IMG/VR virus record: IMGVR_UViG_3300028832_000102
Location: 1 to 64,000 of that record
Length of the DNA stretch: 64,000 nucleotides
Origin: a virus
Taxonomy: Duplodnaviria > Caudoviricetes
Strand: one strand, 5' to 3'
The translations under genes and the position numbers were made by a program. The notes beneath the pieces are model-generated. The model saw only the letters and a program-made list of their open reading frames with translations. It ran no database searches and was not told the origin of the DNA. The stretch's first letter is position 1. Every line of letters starts with the position of its first letter. This document shows positions 9,806 to 20,400 of the stretch, in pieces.

Positions 9806-12800
9806 ATGGAACATCTGTCATTAGAGGTATTCGACCTTACTGGCACGGGCAGCAAGTTCGCGACACTGCCAGAGGATACCACAATAACCATCGTTGAGAC
9901 TAGTGATGTGTTCGCTAGTGGCAACGTGTGGTCTCATAATTTCACCCTTAATGCCCATGCCAACGCTCATATCTTCGGAACCGTAGGCGACATGCGAGGT
10001 TCGCGACTGCACGACCTGGTCGACAGACGTCGCGCACGACTATATATCTCCGGTGTTCCTGTGTACTACGGGTATCTGAAACTCGACAGCGAGGCCGAGA
10101 TTGACAGCGACGGAAACTTCAGTGTCAGCTTCGAGTGTGGACAGAAAACCTTCGAGGAGAGAATCGACGGCGTAAGCGCCAGGGAGGTGAGCGTGGGCGA
10201 CGTGATCATCGGCGTAGCGCTGAACAGGGTCAGGGAGACACTGACCTCACGTGATGTTTTTATCCGATTTACGCTAGACGGCCTCGCCGCAGCCTGTGAA
10301 AAGGATACAAAACTAAAAGGTATCAACGAGGAAATATGGGGCTTAATCATAAATGGCGATGTAGGGGTTCAAAATAAAACATCTCGTGTACAACGCTGGC
10401 CTAAACTTGTGAAAAGCCACGGAAAGGTGTGGAACGGCGACTCTGAAGAGGATATAGACTTCACCAATGTGCAAACCCCATACGATGCAGGACATTCCTT
10501 CTGCAACGTCAATATCTGCTATCCTCTGAAGGTTAATAAGAATGGTGAGGATATAACCGGGCGAGGATATACGCTCAGATCCGCACACGACAAACCTACG
10601 ACCGACGGCGGCGACAACCAGACACGCTACAACAACGCGCCCAACTTCTATCTTCTGCACTTCATCGACAGACTGTTCAAGGACATGAATATATTCGTCG
10701 AGGAAAACCAGACCTTGAACGTCGAAGACCTGAAACGCGTATTTATGCTGAACTACGGATGCCACTACGAAGAGATAGAGACGGAAGATACGCACATGAC
10801 TCCAGATGACAAGCTGTCGAAATACGGGCAATACTATATCCCGTTTGTCAAAGACAGCGACAACTCTTACATTCTTGAAAACTGGGACATGGGCTGCGTA
10901 CTTGGACAGTTAGATGACGTCTACGGAAAGGTCCTCCTTAAAAATATCGAAATAGACGATGCTGATACCGGTAATGTTATCTATTCGGCAGGTTCCATAG
11001 AAGGGAAAATTATTGCTTATTTTGAGGAGAACGGAACTCGCGACGACCCCTTACAACATGTCCTTTCTCTCGATGACAAAGAAAGATACAGACTAGCGTA
11101 CTCCGGCTATTTAGCCTATGCCACCGGCAACAACTACCCGAATGTGGACATCAGCGAAATCATCGATGCCATGAAGACCATGTTCGGCGTCCGCTTCCTG
11201 TTCAATCGCGACTATACCAAGGTGCGCATCGTGCTCCTGCGTAATATCTTCCGCAACAGCAACGTGCAGCGGTTCGACTGCGAGGTGCTGACCCAGGAAA
11301 AGACCGACAACAACACTCGCGGATTCCGCGTTACTTACGGAAAGGGGAAAGATGATACCAGCTTCTACTATAAAGGTTTTGCTGACTTGTTCCAGCGTGC
11401 CCACAAGACATGGATAGACAACACCGACAAGCACGACTACTCCCAGTGGGACCTCGACGCAGACTACGGAACGCTCAAAATATCCGTATCGGCTATGGAC
11501 AAGAGGTGCTATGTCACGCCAAACACCGGAAATGCCTATATCGTTAAGGTCGATGAAGACGAGGACGTGTTGTTCCCATCCCTATTAGAGAATGCAGGCT
11601 TCATGGATGCCGAGGATGGCGACTGCTCTCTGAGCGAGACGGAGCCTGAAACAGTCGAAGAGATACAGATTGGCGCAACGCCCGCCATTCCCAACGAGAT
11701 TGGCAACACCTACGCCATGCTCTTCAATGGCGAAATGAAGGCCCCTGCGCCTGACGATGTCCATTTCCAGCCGAAGATTTTGACCTTCGGAAAACTGACC
11801 AAGACAGTTGACTGGACTGATAGGAGGAGTGACGATGGCGTAGATTACATCATTAAAGGAAAACTGGACTCTTATCTTTGCGAGGGGTTCATCATCAAAC
11901 TGGAGGACAACTACAGCGTGGCCGACGGCGACACGCCTTTCGACAATGCCGACCCGGGACTGTGCTTCGGCATCATGCGCGGAAGCGGTCCTGATGCTTT
12001 CGTGCGCTACAGCGTAGATCCCGACGATAACGAAGAGAACGACACATGGGACGTTGAGCCTGGTAGTGGTGCCGTCTGCCATCCCGATACATGCGACAGC
12101 TATGGCAACATGTTCGACTACAACGGAACTACGAAAGTGAGCACCGTGGCAGAAGCTATTGCCGCCCTGCAGCAGTTGTGGCCTAACAGCAACATCGACC
12201 TGGTATATACCGACGGACACGTTATCAGAGACGAGTCCACCTGTATATACACGGCGTGTGGACAGGTAGTGACGGACAGTACAGGAAAGAGGAAGACCCT
12301 TCTCTTTGCTTCTCCTGAAGCCATGCCAACCAGACAATTCGTAGCCATGGCCTGTCAGTATGCCTGGAACTTTGAAGGCATGACAGACGAGGAGATGTAT
12401 CAGTACGACGCGAGCGCAAACGGAAACCATTGGCTGGTGGAGACCGACAGTTCCGACGAGCGTCTGAAAACCTTGCTCGAACTGGAATGGAGAGCTTTCG
12501 TCTATTGTAATCCAAACAGACCTACGATTATCGACCACGGCGTGGGCTCTAAGTACGGGCGTTTCTCCCTGAAGCTAAGAGCCAATAAGCCGAACCCCGA
12601 GTTCGACCCATTGCAACCAGAGACACACTACGACCCTGAACACCCAGAAGAGAACACAAATCCGCGCTACCTGCATATCACAGACGAGGATCTGCAGCGA
12701 AGAGGTATCGTACCGCAGTTCTACAGTGAGTACTCCTACTGGGTACTGAACGCAAGGGTGGCAGTCCTCGAGGTACGGATGGAGCTGGCACAGATGCTCA

Positions 12801-12922
12801 CAATAGACAAGAGTGTCCGTGCAGAGATAGCAGGCATTACGGGATTCATCCGCAAGATGCAGTTCAACGTCAATAACAAGACGGGCATGGGAACTGTGAA
12901 AATGGAAATTTTGTACATTTAA
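9806..12922 (+). CDS. Putative minor tail/baseplate protein (1038 aa)
   Basis: Long ORF; N-terminus (LPEDTTITIVETSDVF..WSHNFTL) resembles Bacteroidales phage tail proteins. Confidence 0.6.
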   Translation: MEHLSLEVFDLTGTGSKFATLPEDTTITIVETSDVFASGNVWSHNFTLNAHANAHIFGTVGDMRGSRLHDLVDRRRARLYISGVPVYYGYLKLDSEAEIDSDGNFSVSFECGQKTFEERIDGVSAREVSVGDVIIGVALNRVRETLTSRDVFIRFTLDGLAAACEKDTKLKGINEEIWGLIINGDVGVQNKTSRVQRWPKLVKSHGKVWNGDSEEDIDFTNVQTPYDAGHSFCNVNICYPLKVNKNGEDITGRGYTLRSAHDKPTTDGGDNQTRYNNAPNFYLLHFIDRLFKDMNIFVEENQTLNVEDLKRVFMLNYGCHYEEIETEDTHMTPDDKLSKYGQYYIPFVKDSDNSYILENWDMGCVLGQLDDVYGKVLLKNIEIDDADTGNVIYSAGSIEGKIIAYFEENGTRDDPLQHVLSLDDKERYRLAYSGYLAYATGNNYPNVDISEIIDAMKTMFGVRFLFNRDYTKVRIVLLRNIFRNSNVQRFDCEVLTQEKTDNNTRGFRVTYGKGKDDTSFYYKGFADLFQRAHKTWIDNTDKHDYSQWDLDADYGTLKISVSAMDKRCYVTPNTGNAYIVKVDEDEDVLFPSLLENAGFMDAEDGDCSLSETEPETVEEIQIGATPAIPNEIGNTYAMLFNGEMKAPAPDDVHFQPKILTFGKLTKTVDWTDRRSDDGVDYIIKGKLDSYLCEGFIIKLEDNYSVADGDTPFDNADPGLCFGIMRGSGPDAFVRYSVDPDDNEENDTWDVEPGSGAVCHPDTCDSYGNMFDYNGTTKVSTVAEAIAALQQLWPNSNIDLVYTDGHVIRDESTCIYTACGQVVTDSTGKRKTLLFASPEAMPTRQFVAMACQYAWNFEGMTDEEMYQYDASANGNHWLVETDSSDERLKTLLELEWRAFVYCNPNRPTIIDHGVGSKYGRFSLKLRANKPNPEFDPLQPETHYDPEHPEENTNPRYLHITDEDLQRRGIVPQFYSEYSYWVLNARVAVLEVRMELAQMLTIDKSVRAEIAGITGFIRKMQFNVNNKTGMGTVKMEILYI

Positions 12923-12934
12923 AGAGAGAGAGAC

Positions 12935-14038
12935 ATGGAAAACGTAGTAACCATATCAGGAATGTTCGGCGTCGACAAGACCTATTTTGCCGACTCACCA
13001 GTCGTTATCAACATCAGCGGACTGGAATGGCCAGAAAACTCACCCTTCAACGTCGTACGTTTGGAGGTGCTATACAACGACAGCGTTGTCGGCAACCTTA
13101 ATGCTGATTCAGGCGGACAGTCGTCTATATCCTTCGATGTCAGCACGGCATTGCGGGCTATATGGATGGACTATGAGTTCGGCAACGAGGTGGCAGCAGC
13201 GCAACGCGCCTTGTCGGCAGCAACAGGACAGTCAGCACAGAGACTCATGAGGACATACAAGCTACGCATACACACAGAGTATCTTTCCGACGACGAGGAC
13301 CGCACGTTTGTCTCTAACACATGCGTAGACAGCCTTGGCAACGAGGAGATACCAGGCGGACAATGCCTTATCGGCAGAATGACGGAATGGGAGCGCAGTC
13401 TGATTGCTAACGATGCCGATGCCGACGTTTCGTCGCTCGAGCACACTGGCGTGCGAAACGGGGATGCCAGCACCAAGCCCATCAGTTCGCCAGAGCGGGT
13501 GGGATGTGACAGCATCACCTCCTGGACAGACGTCAGCACAGGACTCACGAAGAGCATCTTCTACCCCAGCGACGCCACCCCGGAGCATGACGACACACCT
13601 TCAAGCCAACAGGGATGGACGGGCCATGCGCCAATCGTTGTGCGCGACAGCGAGCCATATACCGACTTCCTGTTTGTCAACCGCCGTGGCGCACTGGAAA
13701 CATGCTCAGCTCAGATGCTGGAGTCCATGAACGTCAATGTGAGCACCAAACAGCATTCCCTGGTCGGACGGCCATCGTTCAAACCTTCGCGCACGTTGAC
13801 CTCCATCACCCAGGAGGAGCGTCGTTCGTGGAAAATGTCGAGTGGCTTGCAGACGCGCGAATGGGCAGAGTGGTGGGCTTTCGAGTTCCTGACAGCGCGG
13901 AGGTGGTGGATGCTGTACAAAGGTCGCTTTGTGCCCGTGATCGTGGAGCCTGCAAGTTCTTCAACAGGCATTTACGACCTCACGAAACAACAAATGCCAA
14001 GCGTAGAGTTCAACGTCACGCTTGCCCTTGAAGGTTGA
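12935..14038 (+). CDS. Putative structural protein (367 aa)
   Basis: Operonic with the previous gene; FLFVNRRGALET motif typical of Bacteroidales phage tail-region proteins. Confidence 0.55.
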   Translation: MENVVTISGMFGVDKTYFADSPVVINISGLEWPENSPFNVVRLEVLYNDSVVGNLNADSGGQSSISFDVSTALRAIWMDYEFGNEVAAAQRALSAATGQSAQRLMRTYKLRIHTEYLSDDEDRTFVSNTCVDSLGNEEIPGGQCLIGRMTEWERSLIANDADADVSSLEHTGVRNGDASTKPISSPERVGCDSITSWTDVSTGLTKSIFYPSDATPEHDDTPSSQQGWTGHAPIVVRDSEPYTDFLFVNRRGALETCSAQMLESMNVNVSTKQHSLVGRPSFKPSRTLTSITQEERRSWKMSSGLQTREWAEWWAFEFLTARRWWMLYKGRFVPVIVEPASSSTGIYDLTKQQMPSVEFNVTLALEG

Positions 14039-14122
14039 TCGTATTTTCTATATATTTGCAATGAGGTAGTTTTTTTTCATTAGCTATGGTATTTATTAGG
14101 TTTTTACTTAAAATCAAAAAAG

Positions 14123-14157
14123 AAGACCGCCGTTCGTGAGAATAGCGGTCTTTTTTT
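14123..14157. terminator. Bidirectional intrinsic terminator
   Basis: aagaccgc-cgttcgtgagaata-gcggtctt hairpin with A and T tracts between convergent genes. Confidence 0.75.
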
Positions 14158-14527
14158 AGTCAAATCCGAAAGCTTCGTCCAGTTCTTGCTCGCCGGGGTC
14201 TGGTTCTTTCAACCTTTCTACAAGATACTCCGGCATGCTCGTCTGAAGGAGCAAGAATTGCGGGAACCACTCTTCGTCAGGCCTACACCCAGGAGTGTCG
14301 TGAAACCTGAGAAGCATGAATCCGTGGCGCTTGTTAATACACTGCCCGACCCTGTCCTTCCAATTATTGGCAAGTCGTCGGAGTGCCTTCTCGAAATCCC
14401 ACCTGGACTGATATCCGTGCATCAGATAGTCCGCCAGAGGAGCTCGGCGAAGGTCTACCGTTACAACATAGTATTCTGCCGAGGTCAGGTCCGGCACCAC
14501 GTTACTGCTATAATCTTTCCCTTTCAT
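14156..14527 (-). CDS. Hypothetical protein (123 aa)
   Basis: ORF track; operonic with the next gene. Confidence 0.65.
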   Translation of the reverse strand: MKGKDYSSNVVPDLTSAEYYVVTVDLRRAPLADYLMHGYQSRWDFEKALRRLANNWKDRVGQCINKRHGFMLLRFHDTPGCRPDEEWFPQFLLLQTSMPEYLVERLKEPDPGEQELDEAFGFD

Positions 14528-14532
14528 GACGG

Positions 14533-14919
14533 CTAGTATGTGATAACTTCTACATGATTACTCCACGATCCAAACCTTAGCCAGTTGCGCTTGCTAGTAA
14601 TCAGGATGGTAAACATCATGTCGTTGGGAGTGGTATCCTTCACAACATGGACTGCGAATGGACTACGAAGAAAGTCTTCTCCCTTCTGTCCTACAAAGCC
14701 CGCATAGGTGCGTATGCGGTTGGCGGTGATATTGATAGCCTCCGAGAGCTGCCGTTGCACATCCGTACCTGGTGTCATTGCCAACAGGGCCGGTTGCGTG
14801 ATGTACGCCTCTCCCTTATCCGGGTACAGCTCCATGTAGCCCGCATTCACGTATGAGCGCAGCATCTCGAAATAGTCGAGCCACGGCTGCAGGTTCTTGC
14901 TTCTTTTAATTTTACCCAT
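14533..14919 (-). CDS. Hypothetical protein (128 aa)
   Basis: ORF with an upstream TATATTTG promoter element. Confidence 0.7.
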   Translation of the reverse strand: MGKIKRSKNLQPWLDYFEMLRSYVNAGYMELYPDKGEAYITQPALLAMTPGTDVQRQLSEAINITANRIRTYAGFVGQKGEDFLRSPFAVHVVKDTTPNDMMFTILITSKRNWLRFGSWSNHVEVITY

Positions 14920-15052
14920 ATCATTCTTGTTAGTTATGATGCAAATATAGTCATTTTTCGGGTATTACGCAAGGCAAAATTACTTTATGTCCAAAAACAA
15001 AGCTAAAATTAACACATACCCCACCTTCTCTACAAAAATCACCCGTCAAGTT

Positions 15053-15091
15053 TTCCCTTGACTCAAACCTGCGAAAGACTTATTTTTACGG
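15053..15091 (+). promoter_or_regulatory. Putative late promoter of the holin
   Basis: ttcccttgac-N17-ttattttt, same spacing as the 9754 copy. Confidence 0.55.
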
Positions 15092-15113
15092 AAAAGGATT
15101 TTTAGTAGTAATT

Positions 15114-15608
15114 ATGATTAACGTAAAGGATATGTTTATCGGCATCGCTATAGCGATATTCGCTTTTTTCGAGCCGATTGAGGGTGAGATAAAAACCCTG
15201 TTTCTGATATTCGTTCTGAACTTCCTGGCAGGCTATCTGAGCGATATGGTGGCTAACGGCGAGGATTTCAAGTTACGTAAGGCGGTGGTGTGTATCGGCC
15301 ATGCGGCGGTTTTCTTCGTGCTCTGTGCGGCAATCTACGCTATGGGATACTTCAAGCACAGGGAGGTGGAGGCAGTTCAGTGCGTCAGTCTTATCACCTA
15401 CGTAGTCATCTACTTCTATGGGCGAAACATTCTCAGAAACTGTAAGCTGATGTTCCGAGAGGGCACACCGCCATGGCACGTTGTTTCACTTCTTGACTAC
15501 ATATTAGGCGTCAAATTCATAGACAAGCTGCCATACGTGAAGGAGTACTTTGCAAACAATAAGAAGAATATATCAGCGGATACGACAAGTGTTAATACAA
15601 ATCATTGA
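15114..15608 (+). CDS. Holin-like membrane protein (164 aa)
   Basis: Several hydrophobic helices, charged C-terminus, phage late context. Confidence 0.7.
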   Translation: MINVKDMFIGIAIAIFAFFEPIEGEIKTLFLIFVLNFLAGYLSDMVANGEDFKLRKAVVCIGHAAVFFVLCAAIYAMGYFKHREVEAVQCVSLITYVVIYFYGRNILRNCKLMFREGTPPWHVVSLLDYILGVKFIDKLPYVKEYFANNKKNISADTTSVNTNH

Positions 15609-15669
15609 TTAAGTTTAGGTTTTTAGATTTAAGATTTTTCCAAAAAGTTTTCATGTTATTTGATTACGG

Positions 15670-15706
15670 AGCCCGGCCACCTGTGAAGGCAGCCGGGTAT
15701 TTTTTT
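15670..15706 (+). terminator. Intrinsic terminator after the holin
   Basis: cccggc-cacctgtgaaggca-gccggg followed by a T tract. Confidence 0.65.
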
Positions 15707-15920
15707 ACTGTTTGTAATACCCTTCATTCTGATTGATCCAGTTGATGACGTCCTCTATTTCGTGGAAAAGGAAGTCCTTGGCATGTGCCTGGTCCTCGTC
15801 TTCCGGCACGGACGTTTCGAGTAGGTCGCGGATGGTCTGAAACCATGCCTTCGTGCCTCGTACATGAAGCGTACACTCGTAATCGGCGTGCGGCGCTTCC
15901 GGTGTGAAATCTGTTGTCAT
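15705..15920 (-). CDS. Small acidic hypothetical protein (71 aa)
   Basis: ORF with GACTATG start context. Confidence 0.65.
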   Translation of the reverse strand: MTTDFTPEAPHADYECTLHVRGTKAWFQTIRDLLETSVPEDEDQAHAKDFLFHEIEDVINWINQNEGYYKQ

Positions 15921-15938
15921 AGTCTTGTCCTCCCAAAA

Positions 15939-16187
15939 TTATAATTGTCCTAACTCTTCTTTCATCTCCTGTATTCTGCTGTGCAGAGGGTTTATCACGT
16001 TTCCGCAGATAATTCCCCAGGCATGCCATGAACAGCCGTCTGGCTTTTTGTCTTTATTCGTTTTCCACGTCTGTTCCAGCGTATGCCATCCCGTCCATGC
16101 GCCTGTTGTTGTATAGCCCATGAGCCATTTGCCGTATGGTGTGCGCTTGTTAATGGTAACAGCGCCGCTCTTTGTTATAATCTCCAT
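15939..16187 (-). CDS. Hypothetical protein (82 aa)
   Basis: ORF with ACGATTATG start context. Confidence 0.6.
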   Translation of the reverse strand: MEIITKSGAVTINKRTPYGKWLMGYTTTGAWTGWHTLEQTWKTNKDKKPDGCSWHAWGIICGNVINPLHSRIQEMKEELGQL

Positions 16188-16224
16188 AATCGTTTTTGTT
16201 TTAGATGTTAAACTTTGTTTTTTG

Positions 16225-16256
16225 TTTGGTACATCCATCCGAAAGCGTTAATTTTG
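16225..16256 (+). promoter_or_regulatory. Bacteroidota housekeeping promoter driving a small RNA
   Basis: TTTG (16225-16228), 20 nt, TAATTTTG (16249-16256): consensus match. Confidence 0.75.
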
Positions 16257-16261
16257 CCGAC

Positions 16262-16394
16262 GCAATCCGATGGATTATTCAAGAGTCAGCCTTCGGGCTG
16301 TGGATTGAAACGAGCTTACGCTCACAAAATTTCTACTATTGTAGATTGCCGCGAGAAGCGGTATAAGCCCCGTCCCTCCACGGGGCTTTTTTTT
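16262..16394 (+). ncRNA. CRISPR-repeat-mimic small RNA (I-C-like repeat plus Cas12a repeat); candidate RNA anti-CRISPR
   Basis: GTCAGCCTTCGGGCTGTGGATTGAAAC (16285-16311) then AATTTCTACTATTGTAGAT (16328-16346), between a consensus promoter and the terminator aagccccgt-ccctcc-acggggctttttttt. Confidence 0.7.
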
Positions 16395-16400
16395 GTATTC

Positions 16401-17000
16401 TTACTCCCAGTCCACGATACGCTCATAGTTCGTGAGGTGACCACGTGGCGCACCATAGACGAACTGCGTACCCATTCTGCCGCCGACACTGATGGGCTGG
16501 TCGAGCTTGATGGTTGTGGCCGTCTTGCCGTCGCAGTCGTACTGGTTACACTGATAGCCGATGGTCATAGCAGGCAGGTGCCACAGTCCCCAGTTCTGCG
16601 TGTTTAGGTATCGCAGCAGGGTATAGACAGTCTCAGCATTGGTTTCCACTACATCCCTACCGTCAAACAGGCGGTGATAGTTATCTTCTACCATGCTTAC
16701 CGATGCAGTCTGCTGGCGTTCTCGCTCCGCATTGGCTTTGCGACGAATCTCCGCCTTGATGACGTTCAGCTCGGCAATCATAGCATCGATGTCCTCGACC
16801 TCCTCACACTGACTCAGCAGTCCGTCAATACCACCTGCAGTGATAATCAGACTGCCAGCATTAGGGAATAGGTGACCGTCCTTCTCCCAGTGGTCCATAT
16901 TCTTCAGGCTGAAATACTCACGGTAGATGTCGAGCGTACCGTTCTCGTTCTTCTCCACGCGGTAAATGACGCGCTTCGTTCTAAAAATCTTCGTTGCCAT
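16401..17000 (-). CDS. Hypothetical protein (199 aa)
   Basis: ORF with its own TATCTTTG promoter near 17042. Confidence 0.75.
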   Translation of the reverse strand: MATKIFRTKRVIYRVEKNENGTLDIYREYFSLKNMDHWEKDGHLFPNAGSLIITAGGIDGLLSQCEEVEDIDAMIAELNVIKAEIRRKANAERERQQTASVSMVEDNYHRLFDGRDVVETNAETVYTLLRYLNTQNWGLWHLPAMTIGYQCNQYDCDGKTATTIKLDQPISVGGRMGTQFVYGAPRGHLTNYERIVDWE

Positions 17001-17364
17001 AATCTCGAAGTTTTAAAAGGTTGTTTTCGTTGTAGCTGGGCACAAAGATACATAAAATCTTCGTACCTTGCAAGCGTTTTAGATAATTTCTTTTACGTCA
17101 ATAATCTTCAGTCCGCGCTGACGGACCTTCTCACAGAGATTTTGATGCACGGCAGCGGTGGGGAGCCACCATAGGTCGGTGCGCTCCCTGCCGTCGCGTG
17201 CTCTCAGGGTTAGTTCATACACGCCGTTCATAGTCTCATGAATTACTTGCAGCCACACTTAATGAGGGCTAACAATACGATGATCACAAAGAAATAATTT
17301 TCTGGCATAATTTTTTCTTAAAAAAAATATAAATTCTAAATTACAACTCTTTCTCTCTTTCCTC

Positions 17365-17437
17365 AGCCGCACAGCTCCAATTACAAAAACACTCCGCAGC
17401 CTAAGCGAGGACCGTTTTTGTAATGGAGCTGTCGGCT
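17365..17437 (-). ncRNA. 3' UTR structured motif, copy 1
   Basis: Long stem enclosing AACGGTCCTCG-loop-CTGCGGAGTGTT; other copies at 38534 and 62819. Confidence 0.55.
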
Positions 17438-17445
17438 CTCTCCTC

Positions 17446-20400
17446 CTACGCTGCCTTTTTCCCAGGCTTCAGCATCTCCCGTGCCGCGAGGATCGTCTCA
17501 TTATCACGGGTTACCTCGGTGCCATTAGAGGCCAGACCGGCATGCTCCTTCAGCCACGCCTTGTCATTAGCTCGCTGCTCCTGCAACCTCATGGCCTCCA
17601 GGATAAACGCCTCGGCTTTCTCACCCAGCGTGAACTCCACACTGACCTCGTCATGGTAACGCGTCTCGCCACGCCACGACCAACCGTCACTCAGGCTCCA
17701 GTGACTCTTGCGCCATCCCTCGATGCCCTCTACCAGTCGCTCACAGAGCTGCTTCATCTCAGAGATAGACACCAGACTCAACAGACTGCGCTTGAACGTC
17801 ACAGTCGTATCACCTCGGTCGATGGAGAACTTATACGGCAGCTCCTTCTTGTTCTCCGTGGCGATATCCTTCACCTCGTCGTCGGTCTTCTTCAGCGAGG
17901 CACCAATCTTCTTGTCCAGTGCCACAAGGTCCTGCTTCATCTGACGCAGGGCATCGTCCTTACCCCACTCCACCGCAAGGATGCTTTCGAGCTGCTTGAT
18001 GGTTACGGTATTGTTATCGACATGCCACTGCCAGTTCTCCAATCGCTTGGGGATAGCCAACAGACACTCAAGCGCATAACCAGCAGCCTTCGCCAGCACA
18101 CCGTGGTTCAGTCGTCCGTTGTCGATGGTGTGACCAATCTTCTCGCCCTTTACTGAGAAGACGTTGCGATACGTGGTAGTCACGCTGCCGTCATGATGCG
18201 TCTCACTGCCTGTTGCCTCGGTACGGATCTGAATGGGGAAACCGTAGAGATGACCGATGGTCTTCACCTGCATGGGAGGCAACTGCGTGTCGTTGTCGAT
18301 ACGCATCAGCTCACGAGCCACGGCAGCCGTCCACTCCTTGCTTCCGATGGGGAAGATGTCGGTATCAATGGCGAAACCGTCGATGTCGATCTTGTTCATA
18401 GCGTTGCCTTCAGCATCCTTCTCCGCAGCCTGCTCAAATCGCTGCAGGTCACGCTGTGCGCTCTCGATGTTCGCCTTGTAGGCTTCCGTCTGCTGCTGCA
18501 GCGAGGCCAACTTATCCTCCTGACTGTGACGCTCTCGGTAGAAGTTCTTACGCTCACCCTCCAGGGCAGCGATACGCTTCTCTAACTTCGCTCTTTCCAG
18601 CAAATCACGGTTACCACTCAGCACCGCCATATACTCGGCAAAGTTCATACCGCCCTTCTCGTCCATGGCACCCTCGTCGAGGGTACGGACGTTGAGCTGA
18701 CCGTGCTTCAGCTGACTGATAAACACCTGCTTCGAGTGCAGCAACTGGAACTTATAACTATCCAGCGAACGCTCCACAGCATAGATAATCACCTTCACCT
18801 TATTGTCCTGCCAGTCGGCGGCAATCTCGTTGCCCTTACGCACGGCACGACCGTCTCTTTGTTCGAGATCACTTGGTCGCCACGGAGTGTCAAGGTGATG
18901 CACACACACCACCCGCTTCTGGGCGTTGACACCTGTTCCGAGCATCGAGGTACTGCCAAACAGCACACGCACCTTGCCCTCATTCGTGAGCTTGATGATT
19001 TCCTGCTTCTGCTTATCATTCTTCGCCTCCTGAATGAAGCGAATTTCGTCGGCGGGGATATGATACTCGTCGATGAGCTTGTCCTTGATAGCACCATAGA
19101 CTGACCACTGACTCTTGCCCTGCCAGGTACTCAGATCCGAGAAGACCAACTGCGTACCCTTCATCTCGTCGAAGGCCTTGTACCACTGGTAGATCTTCTC
19201 CGCACAGCGACTCACCTTGTTGTTCGGATGATCGCCATACATGGGGTCTATCAGACGCATGTCCAGCGACATCTTTCGTGCCAGGTCGGTGGCATAGAGC
19301 ATCTTGGCATTCTCCTGCTGCTTGGTAGGATTGTCGATGCCGATGAGTGAGAAGTCGCCGGTCCTGGCGAACTCCATGAGCACCTTGATATACTCCTCCT
19401 GGTCGGGGGTAGGCTCCAGCTTCAGGAGCACAGGATCCTTCTTCGGACGTACGATACCCACATCCTCGGCGGTCTTGTAGTCCGTTATCTCGTTGTAGAA
19501 CATCGCCAGCTCGGGGACCTTGATGAAGTAGCGGAAGCGCTCCTTCAGCTGGATGGTGTTCGTCAGCGAGAACTCATACTCCTGCGACTTCTTCGTGAAG
19601 ATGGCAGCCCATGCGTCGAAGCATGTGATACCCTGCTTCTCCAAAGCCTTGGGACGAAGATAATGGAACAGCAGATAGAGTTCCGTCAAGCTATTCGTGA
19701 CCGTCGTACCACTCAGGAACGTAGCCCCCAGATCCCTACCCGTCTTCTTCTGGATAGTCCTCAGAGCCATCAGCAGGTTAAAGGCTCTCTGCGAGCCTTC
19801 CACGTTACCAAGACCTGCCACTCGGTCGTGACGCGTCACAAAGCCGAGGTTTTTAAACTGGTGACTCTCGTCAATGAAGATATGGTCGATACCCAGCTCG
19901 TCAAAGTCGGCCACGTCGTCCTTCCTGTTCTTCAGGTCGTCCTTAATCTTCGCCAGCTTCGCACTCAGGTTGTTCTTGCGCTTCTCCAGTCCGCGCTGCA
20001 TCTTGCGGGTAATCTCATAGCCGCCGTCCCTGTTACGTGACACAGCATCCAGCGAGTCCTCCACCTGCTGCAGCATCGTGTAGGTGATGTCGCGCTGAAT
20101 CTCCAGCGACTGCGGGATACGTCCAAACTGGTCGTGACTCATGATGATACAGTCCCAGTCGCCCGTCTTCATGCGGTTGAAGAAGTCCACACGGTTAGCG
20201 GCACAGTAGTCCTGCTCCGTAGCAAACAGCACCTTGGCCTTGGGATAACACGTGCGGTACGTCTCGGCAATAGCACTCACATTCGCCTTCAGTCCGATAA
20301 TCATCGGCTTGTGACACATGCCCAGTCGCTTCATCTCATGGGCAGCGATACACATAATCATCGTCTTGCCAGAGCCTACCTCGTGGTCACAGATACCACC

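Noticed and set aside
16285-16346. Genuine CRISPR array
   Set aside because: The two repeats belong to different types, abut with no spacer, and no cas genes are present
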